This document shows, in pieces, positions 1-7,213 of a stretch of DNA of 64,000 bases. Source of the DNA: an uncultured Gammaproteobacteria bacterium (lineage in GTDB: Bacteria > Cyanobacteriota > Vampirovibrionia > Gastranaerophilales > CAJFVJ01); contig CAYUHE010000002.1 in assembly GCA_964444415.1 (NCBI GenBank), forward strand, positions 40,310 through 104,309, written 5' to 3'. Position numbers and translations under genes: made by a program. Every line of letters starts with the position of its first letter. Position 1 is the stretch's first letter. Under the pieces are notes generated by a model. It made no database searches. It saw nothing but the letters and a program-made list of their open reading frames with translations, and was not told the origin of the DNA.

Positions 1-85
1 GTTTGCGAACTTCGTGAGCATTACGCATAAGGATGCCCGAATGGGTAGAACCCGCAGGGTGAGAAGACCAGCTTTACAAGAAATA

Positions 86-170
86 AGGAGAAGGCGGGAT
101 TCGAACCCGCGGTACCTTGCAGTACACAACCTTTCCAAGATTGCACCTTAAGCCACTCGGACACTTCTCC
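86..170 (-). tRNA. tRNA-Ser (anticodon GGA)
   Basis: The reverse complement folds as a cloverleaf. Acceptor GGAGAAG/CTTCTCC. Anticodon stem CAATC/GGTTG with loop TTGGAAA (GGA). Long variable arm typical of Ser. T-arm GCGGG-TTCGAAT-CCCGC. CCA is not encoded. Confidence 0.9.
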
Positions 171-192
171 ATATAAAATTTTCAATAAAATT

Positions 193-220
193 ATTATACC
201 TAGAAAATACAAATCGTCAT
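193..220 (-). promoter_or_regulatory. candidate sigma70-type promoter for tRNA-Ser
   Basis: On the minus strand there is a perfect TATAAT (plus coordinates 193-198) about 23 nt upstream of the tRNA 5' end. A weak -35-like ATGACG (215-220) sits at 16-nt spacing. The background is AT-rich, so this is tentative. Confidence 0.35.
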
Positions 221-369
221 CCTGAATTTATTTTAAAATTTGGGTTCTATTACAACCGTAAAAAATTGCGTATTACAAGATTCTGAGCGAAATTCACAAA
301 AAGAAGATATAAATCAAAAGATGTTTTTGTTAACAAAACTTAACAAAAAACTAACCGATTTAGCAATTA

Positions 370-399
370 TTGACGGAGTATATACTTTATTGATATAAG
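370..399 (+). promoter_or_regulatory. candidate promoter for CDS 431..1288
   Basis: TTGACG (370-375) followed by TGaTATAAG (extended -10, 391-399) at 17-18 nt spacing. It lies about 30 nt upstream of the AGAGG Shine-Dalgarno site. Confidence 0.35.
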
Positions 400-430
400 A
401 GAGTATTTAGAAAGAATATAGAGGCTTAAA

Positions 431-1288
431 ATGAGTGAATTCTTTAACAAACAACATTTTACAGATTTAGGTTTCTCAAGAGGAGATGCAAGAAGAGCTG
501 CACGCGACTCGTACAAAGATTACGTGCAAGAGCAACGTCAAACAGCAGGTCTGACTTCTGTATTCAATCAACCGCAGAATTCTTTTATGAATCCATCTAT
601 GATGAATCCATATATGATGCCTCAGCAACCAGCTAATCCGATGCAAGGAATACTGGATATGATGATGCAATTAATGCCATTAGTTGCAATGGGCGTTCTT
701 CCTAAAGAAACATTAACTGATATGTTTAGCGGAATGCTAGGCAAAAGTAAAACTGAAGGAACCTCTGGCGAAAAACTAGGCACAAAAGATGCTGAAGGCT
801 GGAGAGAAGTTCTTACTAAAAAAACAGCTTCTGATGATGATAGCGAAGAAGCAGGAGACGTAGAAACAAATGATAGTACCAAAACATTCAAGAACGTAAA
901 TACAGGGGAAACCAGAACAGTAACAGTAAATCCAGAAACTGACGATATTACTACTGTTATTAAAGATAAAACTGGCAAAGTAATTTCAACAGAAATCAGG
1001 GCTGAGAACGGAAAAGCTATAAAAATTACTAAGAAACAAAAGTTCTCAGTATATGATACTGACAAATCCACTAGTATTGGTGATAAAAAGTATACAAATA
1101 TAGAAAAATCATACAGTGAAGAAACTAAACTACTACAAACAATAATATTGACTGATAAAGCGGGAGCTACAGCAACTTACACAAAAAGTCCTGCTGCTGC
1201 TGACAAAGGTAAAAATATTTTTGTAGGCCAAGACAAGAAAAAATATAAATATGACTCTACTCAAAACAGATTAACTGAGATAAAATAA
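431..1288 (+). CDS. hypothetical protein with a Met/Pro/Gln/Asn-rich low-complexity N-terminal half
   Basis: 285-aa ORF with SD AGAGG 6 nt upstream of the ATG, followed by a strong terminator. It contains a low-complexity tract MNPSMMNPYMMPQQPANPMQGILDMMMQLMP. I recognise no family. Confidence 0.75.
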   Translation: MSEFFNKQHFTDLGFSRGDARRAARDSYKDYVQEQRQTAGLTSVFNQPQNSFMNPSMMNPYMMPQQPANPMQGILDMMMQLMPLVAMGVLPKETLTDMFSGMLGKSKTEGTSGEKLGTKDAEGWREVLTKKTASDDDSEEAGDVETNDSTKTFKNVNTGETRTVTVNPETDDITTVIKDKTGKVISTEIRAENGKAIKITKKQKFSVYDTDKSTSIGDKKYTNIEKSYSEETKLLQTIILTDKAGATATYTKSPAAADKGKNIFVGQDKKKYKYDSTQNRLTEIK

Positions 1289-1303
1289 GAGTAACTCAGG
1301 TAT

Positions 1304-1338
1304 AAAAAAAAGAGCCTCTAACGAGGCTCTTTTTTTTG
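1304..1338. terminator. bidirectional rho-independent terminator
   Basis: A-run, then stem AGAGCCTC, loop TAAC, stem GAGGCTCT, then a T-run. It sits between the convergent genes 431..1288(+) and 1358..2629(-). Confidence 0.85.
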
Positions 1339-1357
1339 TGCAAAATTATCAAAAAAC

Positions 1358-2629
1358 CTATTCAGTCAATACTGCTTTTGTCAAACTTCTAGGCTTATCA
1401 GGATTTTTGCCCTGAAGCTTAGTCAATTCATTTGCCAACATCTGAAATCTTGCCACAACATAAATTGGCGAAAATTCTTCGCTAATAGACGGAATATTCA
1501 TAAATTGTGCTTTTGAAAACGCCGCTTCATTTTCGATTTCTTTATTGTTTGCATTTTTTATGATTACAACTTTTTCAGGGCTTCTTTTTTTGATTATTTC
1601 TTTGAGATTATTAAAAGTTAAATCATAATTTTCATTGCCTTTTGAACCCTGAACCACTTGGATAACAGGAGTCGTTTCATCTACAGAAGCAATATATCCG
1701 TGCAAAAACTCACCTGAAGGTGACGGTGTCGGATTGGAATATGTCGTCTCTCTCAATTTCAAAGTGCCTTCCATTACAGAACCTTGATGAGGACCACGAC
1801 CTAATATGTGAAAATTTTTCTCTTCAACCAGATTTTGGGCGATTGCTTTGACACCTTTCGTATCTTTCAGCATTGTCTCCAAATTTACGGGTATAGTTTT
1901 CAGTTCTCTTGCATAGCTACTTATTTGCTCAGGTTTGATTGTGCCTTTTACTTCAGCTAATTTCAGACCGATTGCATACAGATTTATCAATTGGGCTGTT
2001 ACTGATTTTGTTGCAGCAACAGCCAATTCTTTTCCTGCACCGACTTCTACTGCTGTAGAAGCATTTTCATGAATTTTTGAACCGGGTGTATTGGTTAGTG
2101 CTATTGATTTTAGATTCATTTCATTTGATTTTTTTAAAGCCGCAAAAGTGTCCGCGGTTTCTCCCGACTGAGAAATAAATATCATCAAATCATTTTTATT
2201 AACGACCGCTTTTTTGTGTGCAAATTCACTTGCGAAATGCACCTCCACAGGAATTCCTGTTACTCCTTCAATAAAATCTCTGGACATTTCGGCAACATTT
2301 TTTGATGAGCCAGACGCGATGATTCTTATACCAGATGTTTTTTGAAGTTCTTTTTTAGACAAACCTAATTCCAAATTTGATACTTTGCCCGGTTTAGAAA
2401 AATATTTATTCAGCAAATTATTGATAACTTTGGGCTGTTCTTGTATTTCTTGAAGATAATGAGTCTTTATTCCGCCTGAAAAATTAATTTGCGAAAATTG
2501 AGCCGCCATAACACTTGGAAATTGAAAAGAATTAACTTTTGGACTCGGGTTATCAATAACCATTTGAGGCTTATTTGCTTCAACTCTAGAAAAATTTGGT
2601 TGACTTTGTGGGTAAAAATTGACTTTCAT
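1358..2629 (-). CDS. GlmS-type double-SIS sugar-phosphate isomerase domain protein without a glutaminase domain; candidate glucosamine-6-phosphate deaminase (NagB-II/GlmD type)
   Basis: 423 aa. HYLQEIQEQP resembles the start of the GlmS isomerase domain, SQSGETADT is the SIS motif, and the C-terminal KAVLTE resembles the GlmS KSVTVE tail. It lies 21 nt downstream of nagA with a strong AGGAG SD. About 55 aa of N-terminal extension precede the SIS region. Confidence 0.7.
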   Translation of the reverse strand: MKVNFYPQSQPNFSRVEANKPQMVIDNPSPKVNSFQFPSVMAAQFSQINFSGGIKTHYLQEIQEQPKVINNLLNKYFSKPGKVSNLELGLSKKELQKTSGIRIIASGSSKNVAEMSRDFIEGVTGIPVEVHFASEFAHKKAVVNKNDLMIFISQSGETADTFAALKKSNEMNLKSIALTNTPGSKIHENASTAVEVGAGKELAVAATKSVTAQLINLYAIGLKLAEVKGTIKPEQISSYARELKTIPVNLETMLKDTKGVKAIAQNLVEEKNFHILGRGPHQGSVMEGTLKLRETTYSNPTPSPSGEFLHGYIASVDETTPVIQVVQGSKGNENYDLTFNNLKEIIKKRSPEKVVIIKNANNKEIENEAAFSKAQFMNIPSISEEFSPIYVVARFQMLANELTKLQGKNPDKPRSLTKAVLTE

Positions 2630-2650
2630 TATATTTCTCCTTTTTGGTTT

Positions 2651-3871
2651 TTATGCAATAAATGTTTTTTCGGGCTTTAGAGTCATTTTATCCCAAACCA
2701 CAAAATTTGGTGTACTTCCTGGTTTTAGCTGATATCTGTTCTCTATGCCTAAATTTTTTGCAGGATTAACCGAACTAAATCTTATAAAATCCTGAAAAGA
2801 TATCTTAGTTTTCTCAACAATTTTTTGTGCCATATCGGATAAAAATTGTATACTTCCTGCAAGTGTACCGTTACCGTTTTTGGCAATATCATCAATGATA
2901 TCAACCTTGACACCATTCATATAAAATTTATCTTTGCCTGAATGAGTACCTTCTAGTGCATCAGATATGAGAATTATTTTATCTTTCGCTTTCATTCTCA
3001 AAGTCAAATCCATCATCTCTGGAGCAACAAGGCTCAAATCACTATTCAACTCTGTATAAATTTCATCATTCAACAAAGCTTCATTAGTTGCGCTCAAATC
3101 TCGATGATGAATAGCAGGCATCGCATTGAACAAATGTGTTACCTGTTTAATTTTTGATTTTTTGATATCTTCGGCTGTTGCAGTTGTATGACCGGCTGAA
3201 GCTATTATACCTTTTGAATGCAAATGTTCAGTCAATTTATAACCATTGTCCAACTCAGGCGCTATTGTTACAATTTTGATATCATCAGATTTGATTTTGC
3301 TAAAGTTCTCAACAGTAGGCTCCATAAGCATTTCTGGAACATGAATTCCGGATTTTTTAGGACTGAAAAAAGGTCCTTCAAGATTAATTCCAAATATTTT
3401 TGTGCTGCCTTGTTTTGGGTTTCTTATAATTTCGCCGAGCATTTTTAATTGCTTATTCAAATTTTCAATCGTATCGGGAATAAGAGTCGCAACAATCTCG
3501 GAACAGCCATATTTTGGCATTCTTTCCAAAAAAGACTCCAACTGAGGTTTTGTAGCTTCATTAAAATTCAAACCAAAACCGCCATGGATATGCTGATCAA
3601 CTATTGCGGGTGTTAAATATTTATTTTTCAAATCAATTAAAGATATTTTTTCTGTTGCAGGTATAGTCGACTCATCAAAATCATTAACAGCAATCAATTT
3701 GCTATCTTTAAATAACAAATCGGCCTTTTTTATTTTATTATCAGGCATAAAAACATCAGCATTAGTAAAAGCTGTGTAACCAACCATTTTATGCTCATTT
3801 AAAAGAACTTCTTTTGCTAAATTTTTAACTGATGAGACCGCATTAATCTTCATACCAAAGGAAACAGACAT
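2651..3871 (-). CDS. nagA: N-acetylglucosamine-6-phosphate deacetylase
   Basis: 406 aa. Amidohydrolase metal motif DQHIHGGFG, with later EGPF and AGHT motifs typical of NagA. It is adjacent to the SIS deaminase candidate. The exact start is uncertain because there is no good SD at the first ATG. Confidence 0.85.
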   Translation of the reverse strand: MSVSFGMKINAVSSVKNLAKEVLLNEHKMVGYTAFTNADVFMPDNKIKKADLLFKDSKLIAVNDFDESTIPATEKISLIDLKNKYLTPAIVDQHIHGGFGLNFNEATKPQLESFLERMPKYGCSEIVATLIPDTIENLNKQLKMLGEIIRNPKQGSTKIFGINLEGPFFSPKKSGIHVPEMLMEPTVENFSKIKSDDIKIVTIAPELDNGYKLTEHLHSKGIIASAGHTTATAEDIKKSKIKQVTHLFNAMPAIHHRDLSATNEALLNDEIYTELNSDLSLVAPEMMDLTLRMKAKDKIILISDALEGTHSGKDKFYMNGVKVDIIDDIAKNGNGTLAGSIQFLSDMAQKIVEKTKISFQDFIRFSSVNPAKNLGIENRYQLKPGSTPNFVVWDKMTLKPEKTFIA

Positions 3872-4041
3872 ATATAAACTAATATTTACCTTTCTTTAAC
3901 TCTTTTATCATAAATAAAGTCTCAAGATTTTTTTTTGATACTAAAAATTTCGAGAAATCCACAAAAACCCTATAGCCAAGCATTTACAAGAGTTTACTAT
4001 TCTTAACATTTTTCAAAACTAATGAACGCTAAAAAAATATT

Positions 4042-5043
4042 CTATTTCCATCTTTCAATTTCATGACCATTGGCATCAACCGAATAATTTGAGATAAGAT
4101 TACCCTCTGTATCATAATGAGATATTGTACTCTTATTAAAATCACCTTCTCTATAAGTCGCTGTATAGCCATTTTCGTGATAAGAACTCTCATATTCAGA
4201 AACAGGTTGACCCTTTTTCCATGAAGTACTTTTTTCATACTTAAGAGATCCATCTTTGTAGTAATCTTCAACTAATTCTCTTTTTATGGAACCATCTGAT
4301 TTCTTGAATGTTGTTCTACTTGATTGAATTATTCCCTCACCTTTTTCATTGACTCTGAAAACATTTTTATAACTAATTTTTGAATCTTCCATTGTTTCTA
4401 CTATAGAATCTTTTGCATATTTTTGCATAGTATAAAGTGAAGTTATTTTGCCATCGTTATTAAAGAATTTTTCTGTAAACTTACCGCTTTTATTATCACA
4501 AGAACAATCACCATCAAAAAGAATTGTTTCATCTTCCCATATTTTTTGTCCTGATGCATTATAACCAGCCTCAAAACGACGCTTTAATGTACCATTTTCA
4601 TAAAATTCCGCTGCATAAGCAGGTTTTCCATCAATATTATAGTATGTCTCTGACTTCTTTAAACCATCAGGATAATATGTCTGTTTTTCTTTTACCTGAT
4701 TTGTATAATTTTTATAAAAATTTTCCTGACTAGCTATTTGACCATTTTCGTGGAATATAGTTCTACTTTTAATATTGCCGTTTCTAAAGTGTTTAATATC
4801 AGGATCTTTACCTCCTCCTGATAGCTTAACCTTTGGATTATTTTCAATCATAGTCTTTTGAGGGACGAATTCGTCATGAGTTAAAGTCTTAATATTAAAA
4901 TTTTGACCCCCTGCAACTTTTTTCATTGCTGCCTCAAGAGGATTTGTTGTTACCAACAGTTTCTCTGCATTATGTGCTTGCGCTTTTGTTGCTATATTTG
5001 CCGTCATCAATAAACTTGTGACAAAAATTCCTACTTTATTCAT
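4042..5043 (-). CDS. secreted MORN-variant / YwqK-like repeat protein
   Basis: 333 aa. N-terminal signal peptide MNKVGIFVTSLLMTANIATKAQA. Repeated Y-x-x-G-x-hydrophobic-K/R units such as YYPDGLKKSETYYNIDGKPAYAAEFYENGTLKR. Confidence 0.6.
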   Translation of the reverse strand: MNKVGIFVTSLLMTANIATKAQAHNAEKLLVTTNPLEAAMKKVAGGQNFNIKTLTHDEFVPQKTMIENNPKVKLSGGGKDPDIKHFRNGNIKSRTIFHENGQIASQENFYKNYTNQVKEKQTYYPDGLKKSETYYNIDGKPAYAAEFYENGTLKRRFEAGYNASGQKIWEDETILFDGDCSCDNKSGKFTEKFFNNDGKITSLYTMQKYAKDSIVETMEDSKISYKNVFRVNEKGEGIIQSSRTTFKKSDGSIKRELVEDYYKDGSLKYEKSTSWKKGQPVSEYESSYHENGYTATYREGDFNKSTISHYDTEGNLISNYSVDANGHEIERWK

Positions 5044-5221
5044 TATTTAAATATCCTTCTCTTGTGGTTCCTTTTATAGAAGATAATAATCTGCTCAAGA
5101 TAAATAGTTGTTACACAAAATTATAAGACTTCACAATAAAACCCAGAAAACCCTATACCATAAGTGTTTACTACTTATGAAATTGCATTAACATAACTTC
5201 ATAATTAATTGAATTCACTTG

Positions 5222-5287
5222 TTTTAAAACTATAAAAACCACCTCTTTTCGAGATGGTCTTTGTGGTGGGCGATGAGGGATTTGCAC
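5222..5287 (-). repeat. partial duplicate of the tRNA-Val 3' end plus its terminator hairpin
   Basis: About 66 bp nearly identical to 5409..5471. It contains the last ~21-24 nt of tRNA-Val (…GAGGGATTTG… through CCA, plus coordinates 5264-5287) and a second copy of the downstream stem-loop ACCATCTC/GAGGTGGT with a T-run. Confidence 0.85.
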
Positions 5288-5410
5288 GAAAAACAAGGCG
5301 AGAAAAACGAGCCGTAGTTTTACGGGTGCCAGAGAATTTGCGAAAGCAAAACTCTGGTAAACCGTAGCTCTAGCTCAAAAAGAGCGTAGAGATACGTACA
5401 AAGAAAATTT

Positions 5411-5443
5411 TTAAAACAAAAACCACCTCTTTTAGAAATGGTC
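5411..5443 (-). terminator. rho-independent terminator after tRNA-Val
   Basis: Minus-strand sense: ACCATTTCT-AAA-AGAGGTGGT (9-bp stem including G-U pairs) followed by TTTTGTTTT. Confidence 0.8.
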
Positions 5444-5447
5444 TTTG

Positions 5448-5522
5448 TGGTGGGCGATGAGGGATTTGAACCCGCGACCCCTTGAATGTCGATCAAGTGC
5501 GCTACCACTGCGCCAATCGCCC
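5448..5522 (-). tRNA. tRNA-Val (anticodon GAC), with atypical C33 and a T-stem mismatch
   Basis: 75 nt with encoded CCA. Acceptor GGGCGAT/ATCGCCC, D-arm GCGC-AGTGGTA-GCGC, anticodon stem CTTGA/TCAAG with loop TCGACAT. The T-arm GCGGG-TTCAAAT-CCCTC has a C50:U64 mismatch. Confidence 0.8.
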
Positions 5523-5584
5523 GTATACTTTATTAAACTTTCTGTGGTGGTAGCTTTTGCGCTACATTCTTCCTGACTTTTGGA

Positions 5585-5601
5585 CCAATCGCCCGTATAC
5601 T
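5585..5601 (-). repeat. duplicate of the tRNA-Val 5' end plus upstream flank
   Basis: The 17-mer CCAATCGCCCGTATACT occurs at 5513..5529 (10 nt of the tRNA 5' end plus 7 nt of upstream flank). It occurs again, identical, 72 nt further upstream at 5585..5601. Confidence 0.7.
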
Positions 5602-5804
5602 ACTTAATTTTTACTTGGAAAACCGGTAAATCTTTTCAATATAGTATTCAAATTCGAAGGCGTTGAATTATCAACAAATCTTTGCCTTGGAAGTATTGTA
5701 ACCACTGGCTTAGGAACCAATGATTTGTTAACCTCTAAAGATGGAAAAGGATTTGCAACCGACAATTTTGATATTTTCACTATTAAATTCTCCTATATTA
5801 AAAA

Positions 5805-5875
5805 AGGCGGCACCCAGATTCGAACTGGGGATAAAAGCTTTGCAGGCTTCTGCCTTACCACTTGGCCATGCCGCC
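5805..5875 (-). tRNA. tRNA-Cys (anticodon GCA)
   Basis: Acceptor GGCGGCA/TGCCGCC with U73 discriminator (a Cys identity element). 3-bp D-stem. Anticodon loop CTGCAAA. T-arm CCCAG-TTCGAAT-CTGGG. CCA is not encoded. Confidence 0.92.
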
Positions 5876-5887
5876 ATTCATTTGTTA

Positions 5888-5916
5888 ATGGTAAGACACT
5901 CATATTATGCTGTCAA
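5888..5916 (-). promoter_or_regulatory. candidate promoter for tRNA-Cys
   Basis: On the minus strand there is a perfect TTGACA (plus 5911-5916), a 17-nt spacer, then TACCAT (5888-5893). The predicted start is a few nt upstream of the mature tRNA 5' end. Confidence 0.5.
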
Positions 5917-6144
5917 GTAGCAGTATTGACATAAATTTTGTATTATTTTTCAAATAATCGTTTTTTTTAACAAAAACATGCAAATCCATGTTGCCATTGA
6001 TTTTACAACTATAATTGAGTTTTAAACCCTTATATTGTAAACGTGCTTAACATAACTTTACAATTAGCCTGCAAACATGACAATTATTTGGCTTTGACTG
6101 TTTTTATAAATGTAAGGGATAAATAAAAATAGGGGTTATATCAA

Positions 6145-7131
6145 ATGAACACATTGCTTAACAATAGTTTTAATTTTCCACCAAGTCTTGGATTCAATCC
6201 TCCATTTAACTTTGGTGCTTATCAAAACTTTATGACTCCACGTCTTTCACCAATGGTGTCAGGATGCGATTCATTATCAAGTGCGTTATCAAACGTACCG
6301 ATGGGCAACTACGGTGGCTATCCAAATACAATGGGTCTTCCAAATATGATTGGCGGACAAGCATCTACATCAAATCTTCAACAACTTTTGGATGAAGGTA
6401 TTATTTCTGAAGAAGAATACAAATCTGAAATGAGAAGAAGAAGCGGCATCGTATCTAAAGAAGATATCGAAAAAGCCCAAACAGCAGCTCAAGACCCTAC
6501 TGAAGGTTTATTCGGCGAAGAATTGAAAAAAGCAAGAAATTCAAACACAGGTGCTTATAAAGTTACTAAAGAACATTCAGCTATCGCAAGCCAACTTATT
6601 GATTTGGCAAAAGAATCTTTAAGCAAATCTCCTGAAATGATGAGCGAAAAAGATATTCAAACTGTAACTAAAATATTTTCTGAACTAAATAAAAACCCAA
6701 TGTTGGCAGAAGCTTTCGTAAAAGAAGCTAATGAAACAACTCTAACTGGAAATACAACAACTCTACTAGGCAAATTAGAACAAGTTTTGACAAAAACACA
6801 AGGCAAAAAAGCAGCTCAAGAAACTATCGCTGACATCAAAGAAAACTTAAAGAAAAATGTTGCAGGCAGAAATCCTGAATTATGGTCAGAATTTGACTCA
6901 AAAACTAAAAAAGATTCAAACAATATCAAAACTTCTACTACTGACAAAATAATGAACAAAATATCAAAAAATCCTCTTTCATCTGCAGTAGTAGGTATTG
7001 CAGGTCTAGGTCTTGCAGGATGGGGTGCTGCTGCATTAATAGGCGCTGTCGGTCTTCCTGTAGTAGCTGGTGTTGCAGGGGTAGCTGCTCTAGGATTCAG
7101 CATTTACAACCTTTGTTCTTCAAAAGATTAA
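6145..7131 (+). CDS. hypothetical protein: Pro/Asn/Gly-rich N-terminus, helical middle, C-terminal Gly/Ala-rich membrane anchor
   Basis: 328 aa with SD TAGGGGT upstream. The C-terminal hydrophobic glycine-zipper-like segment is AVVGIAGLGLAGWGAAALIGAVGLPVVAGVAGVAALGF. A terminator follows. Confidence 0.75.
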   Translation: MNTLLNNSFNFPPSLGFNPPFNFGAYQNFMTPRLSPMVSGCDSLSSALSNVPMGNYGGYPNTMGLPNMIGGQASTSNLQQLLDEGIISEEEYKSEMRRRSGIVSKEDIEKAQTAAQDPTEGLFGEELKKARNSNTGAYKVTKEHSAIASQLIDLAKESLSKSPEMMSEKDIQTVTKIFSELNKNPMLAEAFVKEANETTLTGNTTTLLGKLEQVLTKTQGKKAAQETIADIKENLKKNVAGRNPELWSEFDSKTKKDSNNIKTSTTDKIMNKISKNPLSSAVVGIAGLGLAGWGAAALIGAVGLPVVAGVAGVAALGFSIYNLCSSKD

Positions 7132-7163
7132 TTTATCCTATTATAATTCCTCTATTTATCTCT

Positions 7164-7196
7164 CAAAAAATCGAAGCTAAAGGCTTCGATTTTTTA
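7164..7196. terminator. bidirectional rho-independent terminator
   Basis: A-run, then TCGAAGC, a 5-nt loop, GCTTCGA, then a T-run. It sits between convergent 6145..7131(+) and mutS(-). Confidence 0.85.
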
Positions 7197-7213
7197 TGTT
7201 AAGTCGTAAAAAC

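Noticed and set aside
1-85. A comparatively GC-rich stretch with overlapping short hairpins (CCCTGCGGG, GGGTTCTACCC, CCCATTCGGG on the minus strand), downstream of tRNA-Ser at the window edge. It could be the end of a structured ncRNA such as RNase P RNA, tmRNA, SRP RNA or 5S.
   Set aside because: I compared it by eye with the conserved boxes of RNase P (ACAGAAxxxGGCUUA), tmRNA, 4.5S, 5S and group II domain V, and found no convincing match. The element is truncated by the window. An Rfam covariance scan with the adjacent upstream sequence is needed.
21-212. ORF-track entries overlapping the tRNA genes: 21..212, 5320..5508 and 5725..5934.
   Set aside because: Their translations contain tRNA-derived strings such as GSNP and AGSNPSSP, and they sit exactly on tRNA-Ser, tRNA-Val and tRNA-Cys. 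They are spurious ORFs.
3965-3975. A shared 11-mer AAAACCCTATA (also at 5147..5157), about 95-105 nt upstream of nagA and of the 333-aa secreted-protein gene, with GTAAAC nearby. It could be a common operator or promoter.
   Set aside because: An 11-nt match is expected many times by chance in 64 kb. The spacing to the GTAAAC element differs between the two sites. The evidence is insufficient without genome-wide motif statistics.
5222-5603. An integrated prophage or genomic island at tRNA-Val.
   Set aside because: Only about 120 bp separate the duplicated tRNA 3' ends. No integrase, excisionase or cargo genes are present. I report it only as a possible scar.
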